Part shown: piece by piece, positions 48,944 through 56,818 of the stretch | Layout: the number at the start of each line of letters is the position of its first letter | Position numbering within the stretch: position 1 is the stretch's first letter | From: Anaerolineae bacterium | Lineage (GTDB): Bacteria > Chloroflexota > Anaerolineae > UBA1429 | Assembly: GCA_963675785.1 (NCBI GenBank) | Contig: OY776562.1 | Span: 2,976,001 to 3,040,000 of the forward strand | Reading direction: 5' to 3' | Length of the DNA: 64,000 bases | Notes under the pieces: model-generated | The model's input: only the letters and a program-made list of their open reading frames with translations | Database searches by the model: none | Told to the model about the DNA's origin: nothing | Translations under genes and position numbers: made by a program

Positions 48944-50488
48944 TTATTGTCCTGCGTAAACTGTTACACGGCGCCTGGGCTCATTCCCAGAACTATGTGA
49001 TGCGAGTTGCGCTTCGCTGATCATTTCATGCTGGAGCCTGCGGATATAAGCGCTTTGTGGTGAGAGTTGAACGGATTCCACTTTTCCTAGCTGTATATCC
49101 TCAATAGCCTGGCGAACTTCTTTCAGGGCGTCGCCTTCAAGGCTGGCCGTTTTTTGCAAACCAAATATGTCTGACAAATATTTTTCCATCTGCGTGGCCG
49201 TATTGTTTCGCAGCACATAGACGGGCAAGTTTCTTCGTTCTGCATCGGCAATGGCACGCGGACGTTTGCGATAATAGGTACGTAGTGTAAACAATACATC
49301 CGCCTGGCTCAAATCTGTAACGATCACGATGGGTAGCCCAAGTTGTTGGCTCGCCTGCCTGATGCGGTCTTGATTCAGTCCGTATGGAAATATCTTTAAC
49401 GGTTTAGGGTGTCCGCCTCGTTGCTGCCATTCTCGTAACGGCGTAACGTCGGAAAAAGGAATCGTCTCGTCTGCAAATGCGGGTTCAGACTCTGCTTCGT
49501 CCCGGACGGTTTCAATGCCTTTCTCGGTGCGATGGCGGTTTTCGACTGCTACAGGTTTGCCACGAAGCAGGCTATCAATGGATGTAGCCACGTCGGGATG
49601 CACAACGACTTGGTCCCAACTCTGAATCTCGACGACGACATCAAAAGTTGGTGGGGCCTTGCGTTCCAGAATGGTCTTTTGCGTTCCTCTTCGGCGGGCC
49701 TCTTCATCACCCAGCGTGACAGGCTGAATGCCGCCGATTAGATCGCTAAGTGTCGGGTTCATCATCAGGTTGTCGAGCGTGTTGCCATGAGCCGTACCAA
49801 TGAGTTGCACGCCGCGTTCGGCAATGGTACGTGCCGCTGCTGCTTCGCTCTCTGTGCCGATCTCGTCGATGACGATGACTTCAGGCATGTGATTTTCTAC
49901 TGCTTCGATCATCACTTCATGCTGTTTAGAGGGATGCGGCACCTGCATCCGCCGGGCGTTGCCAATTGCCGAATGCGGAATATCGCCGTCGCCGCCGATC
50001 TCATTAGAGGTGTCGACAATGACCACACGCCTTTTTTCGGCCAGCACACGAGCAACTTCTCGGAGCATGGTTGTTTTTCCCACGCCTGGCCGGCCAAGCA
50101 GAAGCACACTTTTACCCTCAAAAATGATATCTTCGATGATATCGATGGTTCCGTAAACGGCTCGGCCGACACGACAGGTCAGGCCGATGATCTTGCCTGT
50201 GCGATTGCGAATAGCTGAAATACGGTGTAGCGTGCGCTCAATACCTGCACGATTGTCATCGCCAAAATTGCCAATGTGATCCACCACGTACTGGATTTCG
50301 TTATCAGTAGCTTCGCGATCGAGAATACGTACATCGCCATCCACATATCGAGCATCACAGGGACGACCTTTGTCGATGACAATTTCGAGCAGATCAGCCA
50401 TACGGTCAGCCTTTTTCAGGCTTGCAGCAATCTCCGGTGGCATGACTGCAATGAGTGCGTCGATATTGTCAGTTATTTCCAAGGGCAT
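48944..50488 (-). CDS. Ycf45/SpoIIIAA-like AAA ATPase with C-terminal R3H domain
   Basis: 'DNRAGIERTLHRIS', GRPGVGKT, 'IDEIG', C-terminal 'RRLQH...EPRRRV'. Confidence 0.9.
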   Translation of the reverse strand: MPLEITDNIDALIAVMPPEIAASLKKADRMADLLEIVIDKGRPCDARYVDGDVRILDREATDNEIQYVVDHIGNFGDDNRAGIERTLHRISAIRNRTGKIIGLTCRVGRAVYGTIDIIEDIIFEGKSVLLLGRPGVGKTTMLREVARVLAEKRRVVIVDTSNEIGGDGDIPHSAIGNARRMQVPHPSKQHEVMIEAVENHMPEVIVIDEIGTESEAAAARTIAERGVQLIGTAHGNTLDNLMMNPTLSDLIGGIQPVTLGDEEARRRGTQKTILERKAPPTFDVVVEIQSWDQVVVHPDVATSIDSLLRGKPVAVENRHRTEKGIETVRDEAESEPAFADETIPFSDVTPLREWQQRGGHPKPLKIFPYGLNQDRIRQASQQLGLPIVIVTDLSQADVLFTLRTYYRKRPRAIADAERRNLPVYVLRNNTATQMEKYLSDIFGLQKTASLEGDALKEVRQAIEDIQLGKVESVQLSPQSAYIRRLQHEMISEAQLASHSSGNEPRRRVTVYAGQ

Positions 50489-51518
50489 ACTCACTCTCTT
50501 TATCTTCTCTGGATCGATCAATGCCTTCTGTGATTATCCGTCGCATTAAAAAAGCTGGTGTACCTGCGTCTCGATACTGTAGGGCAGACGCGGGATTATT
50601 GACAAATGATGGTGCAGAGACTCGCGTGGCTAATTGTTTAACGAGATGACTGTACTCCTGGATCTCGCTAAACCCAAGTTGCCGTAACAGCCAAGAGATG
50701 CCAATCGCATAGTCCGGAACGAGGCAAAAGAGAGGTTTTGTGTTGCTTGGGTGTTCAAGGCTCACAACATAGGCAATATGATCAAGAATATCACCACGCC
50801 GATCGGGCCTCACAAGGACGTAAAGCCAATAGTTGGCTTTGATCCGGGTCAATCGCAGATAGGCATAGGGGCTTTCATCATCTACGGCGACCCATTCCGA
50901 GACGCGCCAGCTCAGTCTATCGAACGGCGTATCTTCGATAGACAGAAAACTCGAAGTTTGAAGTACAGCACGCACACCCGCAGGAACAGAGTGTCGATAA
51001 AGCTCACTCAGCTGCCATCTGCCAGTTAGAACAAAGGTATGGAGATCAGCAGGACGTTTTCTATACGCAAGGGGGCGGTTCAAGGTGAAAAGTTGTTCCG
51101 CACAAGCCCGGCAATAAAGGTTTTGGACGAGAGCCTCTTCTTCGAGCGAGCCTCTGATAGGATGTGCATGAATCTGTTCTACACCGTGGCTTGCTGCTTT
51201 TTGGGCAAGGTGGCGGAGCAGTGCTTGCCAGATTGCTTTGGAATCGCCAGAACCAATCTCTGGTGCGATGGATGTCAGGCTCCAGATTTTTGCTATAGGA
51301 TCACAATGGATTTGAGCATATCCAGAGGCTGCCGCAGCATCATTTTGGTGATATAGCCAGGTCATGGCTACAAGATTGTCTGGTGTAAAGAACCCTTTAA
51401 TCGCCGTTTGAACGGGTTTTTGTCGTTCAAGAAAAGATCGGCGGACGTCGAGATTTACGCTTGATCTTTGTAGCCGATTTAATTGTCGTAAATCACCCAG
51501 ATCAAAGGTTTTTATCAC
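50469..51518 (-). CDS. Hypothetical protein, possible tandem degenerate GNAT folds
   Basis: 349-aa ORF; 'GYAQI', 'LLRHL', 'LVRPD', 'LRQLGF' pattern; overlaps the next gene. Confidence 0.5.
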   Translation of the reverse strand: MIKTFDLGDLRQLNRLQRSSVNLDVRRSFLERQKPVQTAIKGFFTPDNLVAMTWLYHQNDAAAASGYAQIHCDPIAKIWSLTSIAPEIGSGDSKAIWQALLRHLAQKAASHGVEQIHAHPIRGSLEEEALVQNLYCRACAEQLFTLNRPLAYRKRPADLHTFVLTGRWQLSELYRHSVPAGVRAVLQTSSFLSIEDTPFDRLSWRVSEWVAVDDESPYAYLRLTRIKANYWLYVLVRPDRRGDILDHIAYVVSLEHPSNTKPLFCLVPDYAIGISWLLRQLGFSEIQEYSHLVKQLATRVSAPSFVNNPASALQYRDAGTPAFLMRRIITEGIDRSREDKESEYALGNN

Positions 51519-51631
51519 TCATTCGCCCCAAAAGGAATCGTCAATATTGTGATGACTCGAGCTTTTATACAATTTTACCGATGCACAGGTTACGCTGCAA
51601 GTAGTCATCTATGCAATTGTTGGCGTAAAAG

Positions 51632-51667
51632 CAAGCGGGAAGAGACTTTGCAGCCTCTTCCCGCTTG
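51632..51667 (-). terminator. Terminator after the DUF4013 pair
   Basis: caagcgggaagag...ctcttcccgcttg hairpin. Confidence 0.7.
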
Positions 51668-51686
51668 ATATCTGGATGGAGCAAGA

Positions 51687-52319
51687 CTACATGAGAACGT
51701 CCGCTTCAGTATCCTCGGCAACAAACTGGGCGCCAATGTGTGCGATCATGAGTTGCCCCAGGAATGCGGTAAAGATGACACCGATTAGGCACAGGATTGT
51801 ACCGGCAATAGAGGCTACGATACTGATGGCAAGAGCCATCAATATGGCAACCACATAGTTCCCCAGATTCTTGCTAATCATGCGCCAGGCCTCGGCAAAG
51901 TTAAAAAAGGCGCTGAATTCATCGGTGCGAGCATAGGTGATGATGAGCGCGGGCAGGAATACGGCCAACGCCAAACCATAGATGACGCTAATGCAGCTAA
52001 AACCCATACTGAGAATAGTCACAACATCACTGTTTGTGCTCGCCAGTGCCCCGCCGATGCCACCCAGGATCATGGAGGGGATCGAGTATATCAGCCCAGC
52101 AAGGGTGATATACAGGCCGCGCATAAAATCTCCTCCCCAATCATCCCATTCGGGTAGGGGTGTTTCGGTGCCTTCTAGTATCTGGCGGAAGGTGCGCAAG
52201 GCATATCCCATCGGTATAAAGCTCACAATCGGGACGATCGAGAGTAACCCGCCAATTAGAACCTTGGTGATCCAGTTCTTGTCCTCAAATGCGTATGAAA
52301 ATGAACGTCCGATATCCAC
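51687..52319 (-). CDS. DUF4013 family membrane protein (copy 2)
   Basis: 'YAFEDKNWITKVLIG', 'GY', 'LPEWDDWGGDFMRGL'. Confidence 0.85.
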   Translation of the reverse strand: MDIGRSFSYAFEDKNWITKVLIGGLLSIVPIVSFIPMGYALRTFRQILEGTETPLPEWDDWGGDFMRGLYITLAGLIYSIPSMILGGIGGALASTNSDVVTILSMGFSCISVIYGLALAVFLPALIITYARTDEFSAFFNFAEAWRMISKNLGNYVVAILMALAISIVASIAGTILCLIGVIFTAFLGQLMIAHIGAQFVAEDTEADVLM

Positions 52320-52373
52320 AAGTTCCTCCTCGATTAAACCTTGTGCATTACAACTGCCAGTTTAGGGCGTTGA

Positions 52374-53000
52374 TTAGAGAATATCACCCTGCTTGGCGCG
52401 ATCTACCTGAGCCAGCAGGTGCATGGCAATCAACATGGCCAAGGGCTCTGTAAAGATGACGCCGATGCCGAGGGCAATACCACCTACCGCAGATGCAACT
52501 GCAAATGCTACGATGACCAAGAGAATAGCGACGATATAATCCTTGAGGTTGCTCTTGACGTAATCCCAGATCTCGGCAAAAGCAAAGAATCCGGCAAATT
52601 CTTCCTTTTTGGCAAAGCTGACAAGCATCGCCGGGTAAGCCAGGGCATAGGCGATATAGTAGACGATGGCAATCAGCACGAAAATGATGCCGAGGAAGTT
52701 AACAAAGCCGCTCTTAGAGGCGAACATGGCCACGCTGATGGACCAGACAATCGCGCCGGGAATGGCATAGACGATACCAGCAATGGAAGGCCAGAGACCC
52801 CGCATAAAGTCGCCACCAAAATCATCCCACTCGGGTAGCGGTGTTTCAGTGCCGTTCAAGAGATTTTTGAGGACACGAATGAAATAGCCAACTGCGATAA
52901 AATTGACAATGGGGATGATCAGCAAGATGCCGCCTATCAGTATCTTCTTGAGCCAATCTTTGTCATCGAATGGATAGGTAATTGCTCTGTTGATGTCCAT
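52374..53000 (-). CDS. DUF4013 family membrane protein (copy 1)
   Basis: 'YPFDDKDWLKKILIG', 'LPEWDDFGGDFMRGL'; GGAGG RBS before ATG 53000. Confidence 0.85.
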   Translation of the reverse strand: MDINRAITYPFDDKDWLKKILIGGILLIIPIVNFIAVGYFIRVLKNLLNGTETPLPEWDDFGGDFMRGLWPSIAGIVYAIPGAIVWSISVAMFASKSGFVNFLGIIFVLIAIVYYIAYALAYPAMLVSFAKKEEFAGFFAFAEIWDYVKSNLKDYIVAILLVIVAFAVASAVGGIALGIGVIFTEPLAMLIAMHLLAQVDRAKQGDIL

Positions 53001-53123
53001 GTCTCCTCCATATTCTGGCGTTTGCCTGGCACCTGTAGTTCGAGTGACTGAATCGTCAGCCAATGTGATAAGAACTGTTTGGATTATAAAGGAAGTGAAA
53101 CCTTCTTTTCAAGCCCTTGCGGG

Positions 53124-53798
53124 CTAAACTCCCATATTCGCTCGAATTCCAGCCAAAAGGCCCATCTCAAGAAACGCTAAAAAAGTACCAGCCAGGCCGC
53201 TTTTAATATGCGAAAGTCGTATCGACTGGGTATGGCTGAAAGCCACTACCAACAGAGTATTGACCAAACTGATTGTTCCGATGACGGACCACCCCGTCAC
53301 GATCTGCCAGAAAATCAGACTATCGGGTACACGGTAAAAGATCATTGAAGAAGCAAGTATCGAACAACTCAGCGCAACGGGACCATGCCACCATGGCGAT
53401 AGAATGGGCCTGTCTGTTGCCTCCCCCTTCCAAAAATTTAGCAGAATAGGGCACAGTACTATACCAAGAACAAATCCCATGCCAGCGCCGCTATAGATTC
53501 TCAGACTGTTCGTGGGGCTGTAGAGCGCCCTGACGCTGTCTATTGAATAAATGGTCGAATTGATTCCGTCGAGAACCCAGAACATCACCAACAGCGCGAG
53601 TATGATCCTACTAACACGGGGCGGCCAGGTTCTTGCCTCTGGCTCGATTATTGTGAGCAGAACAAGAGTGATGACCAGGCTCAAGAACAGACCCGTGCAC
53701 CGAAAACATAGAAAAAGGGTGCCTCCCGTCAGGGTGATACATTGTTCTGGGATTTGGTGACAAACACCCGATAGGAAAAAGGTGATTATTGCACTCAC
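53124..53798 (-). CDS. DUF2085 family membrane protein
   Basis: 'VCHQIPE', 'LCFRCTG', 'LDG', 'N.LR..SG' signature. Confidence 0.85.
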   Translation of the reverse strand: MSAIITFFLSGVCHQIPEQCITLTGGTLFLCFRCTGLFLSLVITLVLLTIIEPEARTWPPRVSRIILALLVMFWVLDGINSTIYSIDSVRALYSPTNSLRIYSGAGMGFVLGIVLCPILLNFWKGEATDRPILSPWWHGPVALSCSILASSMIFYRVPDSLIFWQIVTGWSVIGTISLVNTLLVVAFSHTQSIRLSHIKSGLAGTFLAFLEMGLLAGIRANMGV

Positions 53799-53912
53799 AT
53801 CTAATGGGTCTTTCTCATACTATACGTTGGATCACACACCAAGTTGCGCATTCATTGACATGATTGTTCATTCACACTAGCATGTGCGAGTCAATGACTC
53901 AAGAGGTGAAGA

Positions 53913-54710
53913 ATGTCAATATCTACTGTCAAAATCGGAACGTTGGATATCTCTCGCTTTGTTCTAGGGGGGAATCCATTTTCGGGTTTTTCTCATCAGA
54001 GCAAAACACAAGATGATCGTTTTCGCACCTGGTATACGCCTGAACGCATTGTGGAGACCTTGTTCCACGCCGAATCCCTTGGTGTGCAAACGGTACTTGC
54101 GCGTGGTGATGCGCACATTACTGCCTGTCTTGCCGAGTATTGGCGTCAAGGCGGCACGCTAAAGTGGGTGGCTCAGACGGCATCAGAGATGGCGAGTGCG
54201 TTGATCGGTGCACAATACTGTCATGATCATGGAGCGTCTGCTTGCTATGTGCATGGAGGCGTCGTTGACTATTTGGTAGCACAGCAACGCTATGACGAAC
54301 TTGCTTCAGCCATAGAGTTTGTTTCTGGCGCCGGTCTGCCAGCAGGCATTGCTGGGCATATGCCAGACGATTTTATGTGGGCCGAAGAAAATCTGAACTG
54401 TGACTTTTACATGGTCTGTTACTATAACCCGTCTCCGCGAAGCGATTCACCGCATCACGTTCACGGCATTGCCGAAGTTTTTAGCGAAGAGGATCGGGCC
54501 GATCGAGTGGCCATTATCCCCAAGCTAACCAAGCCTGTTATACACTACAAGATACTGGCAGCGGGGCGCCTTGCTCCTGAGGATGCTTTTGCTTTTGCAG
54601 GGAAAAACCTACGGCCGCAGGATGCCGTTTGTGTGGGTGTCAATACGGGGGATGATCCCGAGATGCTGATCAAAGACATTGAACTTTATGAGAAATTCAT
54701 GGGTTCTTAA
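53913..54710 (+). CDS. Aldo/keto-reductase-like TIM-barrel hypothetical protein
   Basis: 'ISRFVLGGNPFSGFSH', 'GIAGH', 'YKILAAGR'. Confidence 0.7.
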   Translation: MSISTVKIGTLDISRFVLGGNPFSGFSHQSKTQDDRFRTWYTPERIVETLFHAESLGVQTVLARGDAHITACLAEYWRQGGTLKWVAQTASEMASALIGAQYCHDHGASACYVHGGVVDYLVAQQRYDELASAIEFVSGAGLPAGIAGHMPDDFMWAEENLNCDFYMVCYYNPSPRSDSPHHVHGIAEVFSEEDRADRVAIIPKLTKPVIHYKILAAGRLAPEDAFAFAGKNLRPQDAVCVGVNTGDDPEMLIKDIELYEKFMGS

Positions 54711-54768
54711 GGAACTCGAAAGCCCGGCTTGCGTTTATACCTGCAACGCATATGAGCGGAGTAGGATA

Positions 54769-54846
54769 ATGGAAAGTCTGGGTTTTGTAGCATTGTTGTT
54801 GTGCCTAGCGGCGCTTTCTCTTGCAGGCGCTGCTAAAAAGCCTTAA
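54769..54846 (+). CDS. Candidate 25-aa hydrophobic small protein
   Basis: GGAGTAGGA RBS, then MESLGFVALLLCLAALSLAGAAKKP*. Confidence 0.4.
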   Translation: MESLGFVALLLCLAALSLAGAAKKP

Positions 54847-54884
54847 AGCTGGTGACCTTAGCGCTATAAAGGTGAACCCCTGAA

Positions 54885-55361
54885 TCAGGCGGCGTATAGT
54901 TCAAAGACGCGATCATAGATTTGTTGTAGTGTTTCTGTTAGCGCACGTGACCAGCTTGCAAGCCTTTCAAAGGCCTCTTGTTCCATCCCTTCAAGTTGCA
55001 GGGCAGTAAGGGCATAGTATTCCGTAAGATCATTCTGCAATATCAGGCCAAGGCGGAGAATGGCGACATCTGCTTCGAGTTCTTGGACGACATCATCATT
55101 CATGATCTCTGCGAGGGCTCTCCAGCCCAGGGCGGCCTGTGCATCGACTGCGACACGGGGCATGCGTTCTAGCGAACCGCTACGCCTTGCTTTGAGTACA
55201 CCTTTGATGAACTTGATGTGCTTATCAGCTTCGTCAGCAAGCCCCTTGTATACCGAGGCAGCAGCAGCATGGCTTAGACGTGCCGCGTTTTCCGTGTAAT
55301 AGTCGCGACTCTCACGCTCAAGCTGAAGCGCATATTCACAGGACCTTAGGATATCCATCAA
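54885..55361 (-). CDS. Ferritin-like (rubrerythrin diiron-domain-only) protein, degenerate second half
   Basis: 'ALQLERESRDYY...LADEADKH'; second helix pair 'LQNDLTEYY...LASWSRAL' lacks ExxH. Confidence 0.7.
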   Translation of the reverse strand: MMDILRSCEYALQLERESRDYYTENAARLSHAAAASVYKGLADEADKHIKFIKGVLKARRSGSLERMPRVAVDAQAALGWRALAEIMNDDVVQELEADVAILRLGLILQNDLTEYYALTALQLEGMEQEAFERLASWSRALTETLQQIYDRVFELYAA

Positions 55362-55398
55362 AGGCTCCTTTGCTTATTCCAATCGTGCAATGTTGAAA

Positions 55399-55440
55399 GA
55401 GCAAGCCGCAGAATAGCCAATGGCTATCTGCGGCTTGCTC
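55399..55440 (-). terminator. Terminator hairpin after rubrerythrin
   Basis: gagcaagccgcaga...tctgcggcttgctc inverted repeat. Confidence 0.7.
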
Positions 55441-55466
55441 GATTTGGAAGAATGTTGCAGGTGCGT

Positions 55467-56015
55467 CTAGTCAAACTTGACGTACTTTTCCCGTGCCATG
55501 CCGCAGATAGGGCATTTTTCCGGTGGTTCACCGACTATAGTATGCCCACATTGAGGGCATACATAGATCGCAGCAAATTCAGGATCTTTGCCCTGTTCGA
55601 CGGCATCCAACGCTTCTTTATAAAGGGCAGCATGGGTCTGTTCAGCCTGCCAGGCCCAATCAAAGCTGCGAAGGGCAGCTTTTTCCTCTTGGGCATTAGC
55701 TACAGCTTTGTAGGCCGGATACATTTCGGCCACCTCGAACTCTTCACCTGCAATAGCGATCTTGAGATTTTCTGCCGTTTTGCCAAGACCAAAACCTGCC
55801 CCGGCAACCGTCGTAGCATCGCCAACTTCTTTGCGAAGAACGACAAAATGATTCGTCGCGTGGATCTCTTCAGCGTAGCGAATGGCCCGGAATAGTTTGG
55901 CAACGGAAGAAAAGTCATCTTTTTCAGCGCGATCGGCATAGATGCCATAGCGCATATGGGCCTGGCTTTCGCCAGCAAATGCGCTATGCAGGTTCGCGAT
56001 GGTCATATCATGCAT
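55467..56015 (-). CDS. rbr: Rubrerythrin
   Basis: 'AFAGESQAHMRY', 'EEIHA', 'GEEFE', 'EQTH', rubredoxin-like CPQCG...CPICG. Confidence 0.93.
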   Translation of the reverse strand: MHDMTIANLHSAFAGESQAHMRYGIYADRAEKDDFSSVAKLFRAIRYAEEIHATNHFVVLRKEVGDATTVAGAGFGLGKTAENLKIAIAGEEFEVAEMYPAYKAVANAQEEKAALRSFDWAWQAEQTHAALYKEALDAVEQGKDPEFAAIYVCPQCGHTIVGEPPEKCPICGMAREKYVKFD

Positions 56016-56033
56016 ACGGTCAACCTCCACTTG

Positions 56034-56429
56034 TTATTTCAGGGTGATCTCTTTGCTACTTTCCCAAAGGCCGTGAATATTGCACAGTGCCAGGGCGTGC
56101 AGTATACCCGGTTTGGTGATTTTCATTGTGGTTTTGACGGTGTGATGCGTATAAACAGGGCCTTCATTGGGACCCTTGGCATCTTCTCCATGTGCACCAA
56201 ATTCAAAGTGGCCAACTTCATGTGTGAACTTGTCACCTTCGGGTTGAAAATAAAGCGTAACATAGCTGATGTGGTGTTCGGTCGTATTGGGGTGGGCTAT
56301 TTCAGCTCCCAGGCTCACTTCAACTTCAAAGAACTGATCGGCCTCAACTGCGTCAGGAGCGGTGATGACTGGTACATGCTTCTCTTTCTTCCAATCCGCT
56401 TGCTGAATCCGGTCTCCAATAGTTGCCAT
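56034..56429 (-). CDS. Superoxide reductase-like protein (1Fe-SOR/neelaredoxin, class II SORL)
   Basis: 'EKHVP', 'HPNTTEHHI', 'CNIHGLW' iron ligands. Confidence 0.93.
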   Translation of the reverse strand: MATIGDRIQQADWKKEKHVPVITAPDAVEADQFFEVEVSLGAEIAHPNTTEHHISYVTLYFQPEGDKFTHEVGHFEFGAHGEDAKGPNEGPVYTHHTVKTTMKITKPGILHALALCNIHGLWESSKEITLK

Positions 56430-56567
56430 ACGAGTCCTCCTATTCAAACTCTGGTCCAATTTATACTGGCCCGCTTAGATAATTGTGAACTCTGGTTTAT
56501 CATATCATACCCTAGAGGGCGTTTCAACGTAAAAAACAATGGCCTGGGCAGTGCGTCTTGGGGGCAT

Positions 56568-56595
56568 TTGACATGGCGAACAGATGACGTATAAT
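56568..56595 (+). promoter_or_regulatory. Consensus sigma70 promoter of rpoC
   Basis: TTGACA-16 nt-TATAAT. Confidence 0.8.
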
Positions 56596-56818
56596 ATTAG
56601 ATTGCTAACCTTGTTTCTTAGTATATTCGGACGTGTAGCAGAATTGCGAACACGCCACCTCGCCACCAGTAGCATTTGCTGACACCAGAGTCTCGGCCCG
56701 CCTGGTTGATTGTGCGGACCAGAGCGGAGACCGGGCCTCTTGTTGTTGGCTTCGCATATGGGCCCCACACGAGCAATCTTGGTGGTTCCGTGTTTCTGCG
56801 AGCAAGCAGGAGGGAATC

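Noticed and set aside
48944-50488. Sporulation inference from SpoIIIAA similarity
   Set aside because: The R3H-fused Ycf45-type family occurs in non-sporulating bacteria, and no other spoIIIA genes are present.
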